DNA from: an uncultured delta proteobacterium
GTDB lineage: Bacteria; Desulfobacterota; Zymogenia; Zymogenales; Zymogenaceae
Direction of reading: 5' to 3'
NCBI GenBank assembly: GCA_963792965.1
Contig: CAWBYW010000016.1
Location: 1 to 64,000, forward strand
Length of the DNA stretch: 64,000 bases
Part shown: in pieces, positions 33,195-42,382 of the stretch
Layout: each line of letters starts with the position of its first letter
Position numbering within the stretch: the stretch's first letter is position 1
The notes under the pieces: model-generated
What the model was told of the DNA's origin: nothing
Seen by the model: the letters and a program-made list of their open reading frames with translations, nothing else
Databases searched by the model: none
Made by a program: the position numbers and the translations under genes

Positions 33195-34487
33195 CTATAC
33201 TACAACAAGGTTGACCGCATCCATGAATATGCCGATCCGGCGATCCACCACCCCCTTCCCGGGTGAGCCGCACCTCCTCGTCGCCGCTGATAGGGCCGCG
33301 CCGATCGAATCATATCGCGAAAAGAAGCCGACCTTTCCTTTTCGGTCGGCCTTCCCAAGATGGTCGGATACGACCATCATCCCGCCCCCCGACCGGATAA
33401 ACTCGAGGGGGTGCGTGAATTTGTGATCCCCAAGGCGGTATTCACCCCGAAGCCGATGTGCGATCGATTCGGTCTCATCCGACAGATTCAATGTCCCGGA
33501 AAAATCCGTGGGGCCCAGGCCGTCGACACAGGAGGCCACGAGGATGTATGTCCCCCCGGTCTTTATGGCCGATCTGATGTTCTCGAACGATTTCATCGCC
33601 TGGTAGAGCGTCCGGTCCATGGGGGCCACGGCGACTGCGACGGCGATATCGAGTGGGGGGCAATCCTTTTCTGTAGATCGCATCGACGTGACCGGACAAC
33701 CCCTCGGGGGAGTTAAGCGGGCCCACGACCAGGGAAAAGACCGAATCTCCCCTCCCCACGGCGTTGATAAATGAAATCCCCGTGTCGGACAAATATCGGC
33801 CGGCATGGCGCGCGATAGCGAGCCGCGCCGCCTCCATGAGATCTTCGTGGACGGGATTGCCGAGAGTCTCCAGGGGGGCCGCCCCGGTATGCGAGGCGAG
33901 GCGGTGGTTGTGTCTGATCGTCTCGAAGGCGGCGATGCCGGGGACGAGCGACTTTCTGCCTCCGGTATATCCCGCAAACCAGTGGGGCTCGATGCTCCCG
34001 ATCGCAACGACCGTCTCGTACTCAAGGAGTTGCTGCGAAACCTCGACCGGGGTGCCTCGGGAGGTGGTCCCAAGTTGCACCGTCGGGTCACGGGCCGCGT
34101 CGTGGATAAAAAACCTCTCGCCAAAAGATGGGGAGAGGTCGCCGAGAAGCGCTCTGTCGACGGCGTCGGCCGGATCGGTGATCCGGTGTGCGCCGGTCGC
34201 GACCAGGATCGTGCCCGCCGGCGCCCCCGGGTATCTGCGGGCCAGCATAGAGAGTATTCGTTTCGTCGGGGTGGGTCGGTCCAGATCATTGATGATAAAA
34301 AGCGTCCCCTTTCCCGGCGAAAAGGGGAGCGCCAGCGCGTCGAAGATTTCCCTGTCGGCCATGCCGCGAGCGGGCCACGACGGAACACGGGTGTGCACCA
34401 CCCAGCCCGGCGGCGCGTCAAGGGAGATTCCCTTTTCCCCATCCGCGGCGTCGTACCGGATGCTCGCACCCGCCCTTCCGTCGGCAT
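33195..34487 (-). CDS. LarA-superfamily nickel-pincer racemase/epimerase (DUF2088), frameshifted
   Basis: NDLDRPTP, ATGAHR, IEPHWFAGYTGGRKSLVPG, IRHNH and GNPVHEDL in one frame; DRTLYQAMK...ASCVDGLG in a second frame after ~33660. Confidence 0.82.
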   Translation of the reverse strand: MPTEGRVRASGTTPRMGKRESPLTRRRAGWCTPVFRRGPLAAWPTGKSSTRWRSPFRRERGRFLSSMIWTDPPRRNEYSLCWPADTRGRRRARSWSRPAHTGSPIRPTPSTERFSATSPHLLARGFLSTTRPVTRRCNLGPPPEAPRSRFRSNSLSTRRSLRSGASSPTGLRDIPEAESRSSPASPPSRRSDTTTASPRIPGRPPWRLSAIPSTKISWRRRGSLSRAMPADICPTRGFHLSTPWGGEIRSFPWSWARLTPPRGCPVTSMRSTEKDCPPLDIAVAVAVAPMDRTLYQAMKSFENIRSAIKTGGTYILVASCVDGLGPTDFSGTLNLSDETESIAHRLRGEYRLGDHKFTHPLEFIRSGGGMMVVSDHLGKADRKGKVGFFSRYDSIGAALSAATRRCGSPGKGVVDRRIGIFMDAVNLVVV

Positions 34488-34502
34488 CGTCCGGCGATGC
34501 GC

Positions 34503-35162
34503 CTACTTCTTGGTCTGATCCCATGCGTCGGAAAAACGCTTCAGGCCGACATCGGTGAAGGGATGATAGAAGCTGTCCTTGAAGACCTGGAATCCCGCTG
34601 TCACGATGTGGGCGCCGGCAAGCGCCGCGTCGACGATCTGTTTGCCGTTCCTGAGCGCCGCCACGATGATTTCTGTATCAAACTCGTAGATATCAAATAT
34701 ATCCACGATGTCGGCGATGAAATCCGACGTGTCCTCTCCGCTCGATTCTTTCCATCCTACGAACGGGGAGACGTAGCGCGCGCCGACCCGGGCGGCCTGC
34801 AGCGCCTGTGAGGTGGAAAAGACCAGGGTCACGTTGACCTTGACGCCCGCCTTTGCCAGGCTATAGGCGGCAATAAGCCCTTCTTCGTTGCACGGGACCT
34901 TGACGACGAAGTTTTTGGAGATCTTGGCGAGTTTCTTTGCCTCCGCGACCATATCCTCGGCCTTGGTATGGTGCGGGTTGATTTCGACCGAGATGGGGAA
35001 ATCGACACCCTCGAATTCCTTGGCGAGCTCATCCATGACGGCGGCGGCCGTCTTCCCCGCGGCAAGGATATGGCGGGGATTTGTCGTGACGCCGTCGATG
35101 GCCCAGTTCTTATAGGCGTAGGTGATCTCGTCGAATTTCGCCGTGTCCAGGAAATATTTCAT
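34503..35162 (-). CDS. Transaldolase (TalC/FSA family), sulfofructose-transaldolase (SftT/SqvA)-like
   Basis: DGVTTNPRH, PISVEINP, Schiff-base VKVP, SPFVGWKE (W instead of the usual R), IIVAALRNG, HPFTD.GL. Confidence 0.9.
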   Translation of the reverse strand: MKYFLDTAKFDEITYAYKNWAIDGVTTNPRHILAAGKTAAAVMDELAKEFEGVDFPISVEINPHHTKAEDMVAEAKKLAKISKNFVVKVPCNEEGLIAAYSLAKAGVKVNVTLVFSTSQALQAARVGARYVSPFVGWKESSGEDTSDFIADIVDIFDIYEFDTEIIVAALRNGKQIVDAALAGAHIVTAGFQVFKDSFYHPFTDVGLKRFSDAWDQTKK

Positions 35163-35544
35163 CAGTTTCCTCCCTTTTTTATAGTCGTGTGATAGGTTTC
35201 ATAAAGGTGACATTGAATTATGAGAAAAGGCCTCCAGGTTCGGGGAGGGGTCTTAACGGCTTGTTCACGGCTCAGCTCTCCGCTCACACGGCGGCATCCA
35301 CATGGTATATACATACACAACTCCCGGGGATAAGTCAAGCAAAACGGGAGCGGCCCGACCTATCTTTATCCCGGTCGACGGGCCCTGCCCGGATCATCCC
35401 CGATACCAGGTCTTCAGCCTCAATTCCGTTTCAACGTAACCGGGCCGAAGCGCAGGCGCCGCTGTCGAAAAACGAGTGCACGAACAGAAAAGGCTTGACA
35501 ACCCTACACGAAATACCTTAACGTATAAGTTCGTGAAAAAATAG

Positions 35545-35620
35545 GGGGCGTTAACTCAGATGGTAGAGTATCTGCCTTTTAAGCAGAGAGTCACTGGTTC
35601 GAGTCCAGTACGCCCTACCA
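35545..35620 (+). tRNA. tRNA-Lys (TTT)
   Basis: GGGGCGTTAACTCAGATGGTAGAGTATCTGCCTTTTAAGCAGA...GGTTCGAGTCCAGTACGCCCTACCA; TTGACA at 35495 upstream. Confidence 0.96.
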
Positions 35621-35807
35621 GAATATTATATCAGGCGGGAGTAATCTCTCGCCGAGGATTTTTGAGATTGCCTCGGTTCCTTGGCACGGGGAGCGGCGCT
35701 GACGCGACACGGTCAGGCGAAAGTTGACCGTGATGAAACGCCGGAATACTCGGAGCTTTCCTCTATCGGATCAGGTGAGATAGAATAGTAACGGAAAATT
35801 GATTAGC

Positions 35808-35885
35808 GACCCCATCGTCTAGTCCGGCCCAGGACATCGGCTTTTCACGCCGACAACAGGGGTTCGAATCCCCTTGGGGTCGCCA
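35808..35885 (+). tRNA. tRNA-Glu (TTC)
   Basis: GACCCCATCGTCTAGTCCGGCCCAGGACATCGGCTTTTCACGCCGACAACAGGGGTTCGAATCCCCTTGGGGTCGCCA. Confidence 0.96.
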
Positions 35886-35893
35886 CTAAATCG

Positions 35894-35924
35894 GAAAGCC
35901 GCCCATAATCGGACGGCTTTTCTT
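35894..35924 (+). terminator. Terminator-like hairpin after tRNA-Glu
   Basis: GAAAGCCGCCC-ATAATC-GGACGGCTTTTCTT (imperfect stem with T tract). Confidence 0.6.
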
Positions 35925-36279
35925 CTCGGCGCCTTTTCACGGATCGCGGTCCTTCCTCAACGCCCCGGCCGAGGATCACGGCTAAAACACATCCGATGCC
36001 TTCCCACCACAACCACCGGCAAGGCCCCGTCCTCCCCGGGCGGAGTGGCTTCGGTTCGGGCCGACATGTCCAATAAGCTCTCGAAATGTGCTTCCAGACC
36101 GCATGATCCCCCAAGAAGTTCCCATATACATACAATATACAATTGCGGAATATACTTGACCCCCACGATATTAATTATAAAATATTAATAGTCCCTTCTG
36201 TCATTCGTGACTCATAGCGAGGCGCTCGACTCGGCCAACCACGACTCGCGGATGTCTGCTATTAATAATGAGGTGACCA

Positions 36280-36780
36280 ATGGACCTAAAAGCGGAGATC
36301 GAAAGGAGAAATGTGAACCAGCATAACGCCTTCCTCTTTGCCATATTCGCGGGGATGGTCAACCTCGGGCTTGTGAATCAGGGGGTGGTCAATGAACTGG
36401 CCAAGAAAGTGGCGGGGTACATGATAAACTACTACTCCACCAAAGATGTAGCCTTTGCCCCTCCAGACAGTCCACTGGAAAAGAACGTCTCGTCTCTATT
36501 CAACTTCTTTAACGGGGACCTCAACTTCGTGAAAGAATATGGGATCGAGAAGTCAGGCGACGGCGTTCGGCTTTCCATTGCCAGCCAGTTTTGCAGGATA
36601 TGCCCCAAGGGGCTCGGGGGGGCGGAAATAAAGGGCACACTTTGCCTCATACCCCACTTCTTCATGCACCTGATGAATCACTACCTCCCACCCGAAGAGC
36701 AGCTAATCCTCCCGAAGGGCCAGCCGAGCATCGTGAAAGAATCGGGCAACTGCATCGTCTCGTACGAGCTGATGAAATAA
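36280..36780 (+). CDS. Hypothetical protein, possible V4R/metal-binding fold
   Basis: GAGGTG RBS; Cys cluster FCRICPKG...LCLIPH...GNC. Confidence 0.7.
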   Translation: MDLKAEIERRNVNQHNAFLFAIFAGMVNLGLVNQGVVNELAKKVAGYMINYYSTKDVAFAPPDSPLEKNVSSLFNFFNGDLNFVKEYGIEKSGDGVRLSIASQFCRICPKGLGGAEIKGTLCLIPHFFMHLMNHYLPPEEQLILPKGQPSIVKESGNCIVSYELMK

Positions 36781-36849
36781 AGGTATCTCTGAAAAGTCGT
36801 TCGACATGGGATGACTTCGTGCCCCATTTACGTGAAGGGCCCACGATAC

Positions 36850-36867
36850 ATCTCCTCGGGGTCGCCA
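36850..36867 (+). repeat. Degenerate copy of the tRNA-Glu 3' end (att-like), followed by a terminator hairpin
   Basis: ATCTCCTCGGGGTCGCCA versus tRNA ATCCCCTTGGGGTCGCCA (16/18); followed by AAAGACCGCC-TGAAAAAA-GGGCGGTTCTTT. Confidence 0.7.
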
Positions 36868-37120
36868 GAAAAAAAGACCGCCTGAAAAAAGGGCGGTTCT
36901 TTGTTTGAGTGGGATAATAATGGTAGTTTCTTTGCCTTAGAGTTTCGTTTTCCTAAGGCTAGGAATTGAATATTGTACAGTATAGTATTTCACTTACATT
37001 TATATTTTATTCTTGACTTATACGATCAAAGATATTAAAGATTTACTGATACTTATATCAGATTATCTTAATAAGTTATCTCTATATTCCGTTAACGCTA
37101 ATAGCGAAAGGAGGACTACT

Positions 37121-38197
37121 ATGGCAAGAGAAGTTACTCAAAGAACGCTTACGATAGATGAACTAAAAAGAATAAATAATAATCAGGACTATTCTCTAGA
37201 CTTTATAAGGCGACTTGAACATGTCTTACTGAAGCTTCCTTTGCCAGGTCAAGCAAGGCCGGGGGATTATACCCCCGAAGGAGAAAAAGGGGAGTTTTCC
37301 GAAGCACTCATTGAGGCCATCAAAAATTATCAAGGCGAAACGGAACTAGTAGAAGACGGGGTATTAGGGAAAAATACGTTAAGCTCACTGAGAAAGAAAT
37401 ATCCAGAATACTTAAGTGAGCCGCTTAGAATCATAAGCGGGAATCATAAGGATGGCAGGACAATAATACCCAAGGATACCTCAAAAAAGGATCGATATAG
37501 ATTCTATAAGGAATTGGCTTTAAATCGTTTTGGCATATGGAGAAGTGGTATAAATGAAGCAAACATCGTGGGAGTACGTAGCATGTTAGGCGGAATCCAA
37601 GGGCCAAATACGCCGGATGAATTTAACGATACCATTGCACTCCTGTGGTTCGATGAAAATAAAAAGGAATTCGTTGAAGAATTCGTAGGGAGCGTGGACC
37701 CAGGTAAAATCGCAAATGCAAACTGGATGTGTAAGGATGGATTAGCGCACATCAAGGATGGAACGTATTTTTACTTTATCGGAAGACACCATTCTCGCTA
37801 TCCAACGGCAAATAATAGGATACAAAAAGCAAATAGTGAAAACGAGGAAGGATATTTTGTTGACGTTGACAGTTATATGCGAGAGGGTTCAATGGACTAC
37901 AACTATGAAGCATTGAACTCACACAGACCTGTAAGAGTATATAGGGATATCGAAGTAGCCTACGACTATTTGAATGTGCCCGAGTTAGATAAAAGAGAGT
38001 TCATCGCAAGCGGAGTCGACATACACTTTGCGGCGGAGGGGGGTAAAGTGGGTGACTGGTCCCAGGGTTGCCAGGTAATTAGCGGTGGACCGAATTACGT
38101 GAAATTCATCGGGATTCTAAAAGAGCTGGAAAATAAGTATAGGATACCCTATACCGTCGTGGACGCATCGAAGGTTGAAGAATCCAAGCCTGCTTAA
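37121..38197 (+). CDS. Peptidoglycan-binding-domain protein with a putative His/Cys (YkuD-like) cell-wall enzyme domain; phage-lysin-like
   Basis: AAGGAGG RBS; PG_binding_1-like AIKNYQ...L..DGVLGKNT; NIVGVR, FNDTI, VDPG, VYRD, DIH...VGDWSQGCQV; AT-rich. Confidence 0.75.
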   Translation: MAREVTQRTLTIDELKRINNNQDYSLDFIRRLEHVLLKLPLPGQARPGDYTPEGEKGEFSEALIEAIKNYQGETELVEDGVLGKNTLSSLRKKYPEYLSEPLRIISGNHKDGRTIIPKDTSKKDRYRFYKELALNRFGIWRSGINEANIVGVRSMLGGIQGPNTPDEFNDTIALLWFDENKKEFVEEFVGSVDPGKIANANWMCKDGLAHIKDGTYFYFIGRHHSRYPTANNRIQKANSENEEGYFVDVDSYMREGSMDYNYEALNSHRPVRVYRDIEVAYDYLNVPELDKREFIASGVDIHFAAEGGKVGDWSQGCQVISGGPNYVKFIGILKELENKYRIPYTVVDASKVEESKPA

Positions 38198-38282
38198 ATA
38201 GATATTAAGTGACTTCCGCCGAGGTTTGCCACTACACCTACTCGTGAAACTTCCTCTCACTCAACGCCGAAGGAGATATGAG

Positions 38283-38315
38283 GACAACAGGGGTTCGAAT
38301 CCCGCCGGGTCGCCA
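38283..38315 (+). repeat. Second degenerate copy of the tRNA-Glu 3' half (att-like), followed by a terminator hairpin
   Basis: GACAACAGGGGTTCGAATCCCGCCGGGTCGCCA versus 35852-35885; followed by AAGCCGCC-ATAATG-GGCGGCTTTT, similar to the hairpin at 35894. Confidence 0.85.
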
Positions 38316-38358
38316 GCAATTAAAAGAAGCCGCCATAATGGGCGGCTTTTGTGTTATT

Positions 38359-39663
38359 TCATAACCTTTTCTCTATCAGCTTCATTTGCCATTCTGAAAT
38401 ATCGCTTTCACTTAAATTTAAGTTAAAAACAGAAAAGATCTTCTTTACTATTTCAGCTGCGATTTCCTTGTAAGAAATGCTCAAATCAATTAGTCTTATA
38501 TCATCTCTAATAGGTATGATGCTCTCGTTTGAAATATGAAACGGCGTTAATCTAATAGGTCGATACAATGAAACTAATCTTCTTTCTTTATTACGATGCA
38601 TATCTATTCTAATACCTAAATTATCAAGGCTGGGTATCTGTTCATAGAATCTCTTTAGGAATAGGAAATATTCAGTAATCATAAGAATTACACCCAAATA
38701 ATCTAAAACAGGCTTCCCTTCAGAGCTTTTACCTTCGACATCTTCAGAATAGCACACTCTCCAAATAAACAAACCGCTTTGATATGCTCTGTAAGCTTCG
38801 ATAGACCTCCACGCGTTGCTAAATGATTCTCTACCCTTTAGGAAATTCTGTGAGTTCTTTTCATCAGTATTGGGAACAGGCCACCCACGAAGTCTTACCT
38901 CTGAGTTCCTTATTAGTGCTTTAATTCTTAATGCATCTGATATCCTCTTTGGGTCATACAACAGTGGGAATGACTGAAAATCAATAAATCCGTACTTATC
39001 AGTAGAGTCACCGATCTTTTCGATAAGAAAACCTTTTGTCTCCTCTATTTCAACTTCATACTCTTTTTCAGATTCCTTTGCACCTTTTGGCGGCTTCCCC
39101 TTTATCAAACGTTCTATCTGACTTAGTAGTTCGTTACCCTTTTTAGCAATCGCCCTTCCCAACAATTCCCTCATTTCCTCAGATGACGGAACTGCTTCAC
39201 TGGTTCCCTTTTCGGTTCTAATATATACTTGACCCTTCTTTAGGATTTGTTTCTTATTGTCTACCGAATAGGCATCATCCTTACAGATTATAGGGACTTC
39301 ATTAAACTCAGGTACGTCAATTGTTACGATATATCTTCCGTCAATTATATTTTTATAGACCTGGCACGAATATTTTGGGTCCGTAAACTTATGCAGGTAA
39401 TCATTCACTTTGGTTTGATCAAAGCAATTAAAGTCATCCTCTGACAAACCCTTTAACTCATACTGCTTGTTTTCAACTCCGAAGATTATCTTCCCGCCAT
39501 CTTGAGTATTAAACATAGCAAGAATGTCTTTTACTATTTTTGATTTTTCCTCATGCGAGTCTTTTCCCCAATTTAGTTTTTCTTTATATTCAAGATTCCT
39601 AGTCTCGCTTTTGGTAGCAAGCAAGGCTCTGATTTCCTCTTCCGGTAATTGTGAATTTTGCAT
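38359..39663 (-). CDS. Schlafen/AlbA_2 domain protein with an uncharacterised C-terminal domain
   Basis: ETRNLEYKE, KDILAMFNTQDGGKIIFGVEN, VYIRTEKGTS; AT-rich. Confidence 0.82.
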   Translation of the reverse strand: MQNSQLPEEEIRALLATKSETRNLEYKEKLNWGKDSHEEKSKIVKDILAMFNTQDGGKIIFGVENKQYELKGLSEDDFNCFDQTKVNDYLHKFTDPKYSCQVYKNIIDGRYIVTIDVPEFNEVPIICKDDAYSVDNKKQILKKGQVYIRTEKGTSEAVPSSEEMRELLGRAIAKKGNELLSQIERLIKGKPPKGAKESEKEYEVEIEETKGFLIEKIGDSTDKYGFIDFQSFPLLYDPKRISDALRIKALIRNSEVRLRGWPVPNTDEKNSQNFLKGRESFSNAWRSIEAYRAYQSGLFIWRVCYSEDVEGKSSEGKPVLDYLGVILMITEYFLFLKRFYEQIPSLDNLGIRIDMHRNKERRLVSLYRPIRLTPFHISNESIIPIRDDIRLIDLSISYKEIAAEIVKKIFSVFNLNLSESDISEWQMKLIEKRL

Positions 39664-39749
39664 AATATTTACTCTTAAATAGAGTATCCTATATTAGGCT
39701 TTTAAATAGTACACGCTATCAATAGACCATTTTAACTGACAAAGCAACC

Positions 39750-40542
39750 TTACTCGTTATCAAATTTCGGCTTCTTCTTCTCGATGAACGACCGCGGGCC
39801 CCTCGTGAAAGTCGTGGGTGGGAAGCAGCGTATTGAAGAGCATGCTCTCGATCCTGAGCCCCTCGGTCAGCGGCGTCCCGATGCCGCGCATCGCCGCCTC
39901 CTTGTCCACGCGGATCGCCCCCTGGGGGAACTCGCAGATCATGGACGCCAGCTCCCGCGCCCGCTCGATGAGGTTCCCTTCCACGATCTCGTTGACAAAC
40001 CCGACTCTCAGCGCCTCCGCGGCGTCAAACTCCTTTCCCGTGATGATATAGTACATCGCGTTGCCCAGCCCCATGATCCGGGGGAGCCTCTGCGTCCCGC
40101 CGTCGCCCAGCCCCACGTTCCAGCGCCGCTCCAGGCACCCGAACCGCGCGTGGGCGGCAGCGATCCTGATATCGGCCGCCGCCGCGACCTCCATCCCCCC
40201 GGCAAAACAGACCCCGTTGATCGCCGCGATGATCGGCTTGAAGATATCGATCCCCCGGGTGAAGCCGCCAAATCCTGGGCCGTCATAGGCCCGACGTCTC
40301 AGATAGGTGGGGCTCCCCGCGACCTTCGGGAGATAGCCTTTCAGGTCCGCTCCCGAGCAGAAGGCCCTGTCTCCCGCGCCGGTGATGATCGCCACGAAGG
40401 CGTCCTCGTCGTCCTTGAAGGCGTGCCACGCCTCAACCAACAGGTCCTCCGTCTCGGCGTCGATGCAGTTCATCTTCTCGGGACGGTTGATCGTAATCCA
40501 GAAAAGGTGCCCCTCCTTTTTGTAAAGGACTTTCTCGGCCAT
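39750..40542 (-). CDS. Enoyl-CoA hydratase/isomerase (C-terminal indel)
   Basis: ITINRPEKMN, AFCSGADL, KPIIAAING...GGME, GGTQRLPR; removing one base in the EG-coding GC run near 39800 restores EGPRSFIEKKKPKF. Confidence 0.9.
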
Positions 40543-40604
40543 CGGTGCCTCCGTAGCGCCCGCGGTCAGCGCGGCGCGCGTTTCCTGTATGCGGTTTAGC
40601 TCTC

Positions 40605-40632
40605 AAACAAAAAGCCCCTCCTGAGGAGGGGC
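40605..40632 (-). terminator. Intrinsic terminator after the VOC gene
   Basis: Minus strand GCCCCTCC-TCA-GGAGGGGC followed by TTTTTGTTT. Confidence 0.75.
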
Positions 40633-40659
40633 GTAACGACGTCTCACGCGATGCAAATC

Positions 40660-41034
40660 TCAGGACAGAAATTCGATCAGTTGTATCCTGACTCCGTCCG
40701 GGTCCTCGATAAAGGCGATTTTGCGGTCGGGCCTCAGCTGTATCGGCTCGAGGATGAACTTCACCCCCTCCCTGTGGAGCATTTCGGCCAGCCCCGCGAG
40801 GTCCTCCACCGCAAACGCCAGGTGATAGAGCCCGAAGCCCGTGTCCACCTTCATCATCTCGTCTCCGGGATTGGCCTCCTCTAACTCGATCCGGGTCCGG
40901 TCGTTCCCCACAAAGTAGAAGGTCCTGCCCACGAGGTCCACCTGTTCAAGGATCTCAAGCCCAAGCACCCGTGTGTAGAAATCTATTGACTTCTTGATGT
41001 CCGCGGACTTTATGCCGGAGTGATGCAGATACAT
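40660..41034 (-). CDS. VOC/glyoxalase family protein
   Basis: LHHSGI, FYTRVLGL, HLAFAVED, FIEDPDGVRIQL. Confidence 0.88.
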   Translation of the reverse strand: MYLHHSGIKSADIKKSIDFYTRVLGLEILEQVDLVGRTFYFVGNDRTRIELEEANPGDEMMKVDTGFGLYHLAFAVEDLAGLAEMLHREGVKFILEPIQLRPDRKIAFIEDPDGVRIQLIEFLS

Positions 41035-41037
41035 TTC

Positions 41038-42285
41038 CTATGCCCCCTTTGTGGCCAACTTCTCCCCGACGACCTTGAAGGCCTCGCGGGATACCTCGAG
41101 CGTCTTGCTGATGTCCGCTTCCGTGTGCGCGGCCGACAAAAACCAGTTGTGGTGGGGGTGGAAGAAGATCCCTCGCTTTGCCGCCTCGCCGCAGAAAAGC
41201 CGGTTGAGGTCAAAGACCGGGTCGTTCTCAAATCGCATGAAGGGGATCGGGTCCGTCCCCGTATAGACCACGTTGAGCTTGGATTCCTTGGCCAGCTCCG
41301 TGAGCCCCTTTCTGAGCGATGCCCCGAGCTTGGCGATCTTCTCGATGACCCCCTCCTCCTCGATGATATCCATCGAGGCCATCGCGGCCGCCATCGGGAC
41401 GGCCGAAAAGAAATGGGTCCCGGTAAAATAGACGCCGGAGGCCGCTTCCTTGAGCCGTTCGGTGCCGAGGGCCGCGGCGATCGGATAGCCGTTGGCCATC
41501 GCCTTTCCCATCGTCACCATGTCGGGCTTGGCGCCGAAGTAGGCATGGGAGCCGTTGATGGAAAGCCGGAAGTTGCAGCGGATGTCGTCGATGATCAAAA
41601 GCGAACCGTGCTTGTCGCACAGCGCGCGCACCGCATTGTAGAAGCCTTTTTCGGGCAGCACCTGGTCGGCCATCGCGGGGTGGTGGAACGGGGTAAGCAT
41701 AACCCCGGCGACGTCGTCCTTATGCTTTTCGAAGATCGCGGTCAGCCCCGCGACGTCGTTGTAGTTGAAGTGTTCAACGTACATCTGGTATTCCGGGGGA
41801 ATGCCGTTGGTGCTGTGGGTGCACCAGAAGTCGCTGCCGTGATACGCGCCGTTTGCCATGATGATGACCCTCTTCTTGGTGAAGTGGCGCGCCACTGCGG
41901 CGGCATACGAGGTCACGTCCGAGCCGTTCTTTGAGAAGACCGTCCAGTCCATGCCGGAGATGAGGCCCACGAGCCGCTTTGCCAGCTCGTTCCAGCGGTT
42001 TGAGGGGAGCGTGAAGCAGTTGCCCAGCTCGCGCTGTTTTGCGGCCGCCGCCTCGACGCCGGGGTGCCCCAGGCCGAGGATATTGGTGCCGAACGAGCAC
42101 ATGTAGTCGATGTATTCGTTTCCATCCACGTCCCAGATGTGGCAGCCCTTACCCCGCTCCAGGAAACAGGGGTAGGAGCCGAACGTCAGGAACATGGGGC
42201 TGCGGGGTCCGTAGATACCGCCGGGAACGTACTTCTTGGCCTCTTCCAGCATCTGATACGATTTGGTGAAGGTATAGGTCTTCAT
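41038..42285 (-). CDS. Class-III PLP aminotransferase (HemL-like; resembles 3-aminobutyryl-CoA aminotransferase Kat)
   Basis: Start MKTYTF at 42285; WDVDGNEYIDY, KNGSD, YHG, DDIR..FR, GKAMANGYPIAA (PLP lysine). Confidence 0.85.
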   Translation of the reverse strand: MKTYTFTKSYQMLEEAKKYVPGGIYGPRSPMFLTFGSYPCFLERGKGCHIWDVDGNEYIDYMCSFGTNILGLGHPGVEAAAAKQRELGNCFTLPSNRWNELAKRLVGLISGMDWTVFSKNGSDVTSYAAAVARHFTKKRVIIMANGAYHGSDFWCTHSTNGIPPEYQMYVEHFNYNDVAGLTAIFEKHKDDVAGVMLTPFHHPAMADQVLPEKGFYNAVRALCDKHGSLLIIDDIRCNFRLSINGSHAYFGAKPDMVTMGKAMANGYPIAAALGTERLKEAASGVYFTGTHFFSAVPMAAAMASMDIIEEEGVIEKIAKLGASLRKGLTELAKESKLNVVYTGTDPIPFMRFENDPVFDLNRLFCGEAAKRGIFFHPHHNWFLSAAHTEADISKTLEVSREAFKVVGEKLATKGA

Positions 42286-42382
42286 GGGTCGTCCTTTCCC
42301 CCAAACGGGGCGCGTGTTGATGGTATATGGGTCTCTCGTGGCCTCTCGGGCCCCGGAGAAACGGAGCCCGGGGTGGTTTCCG

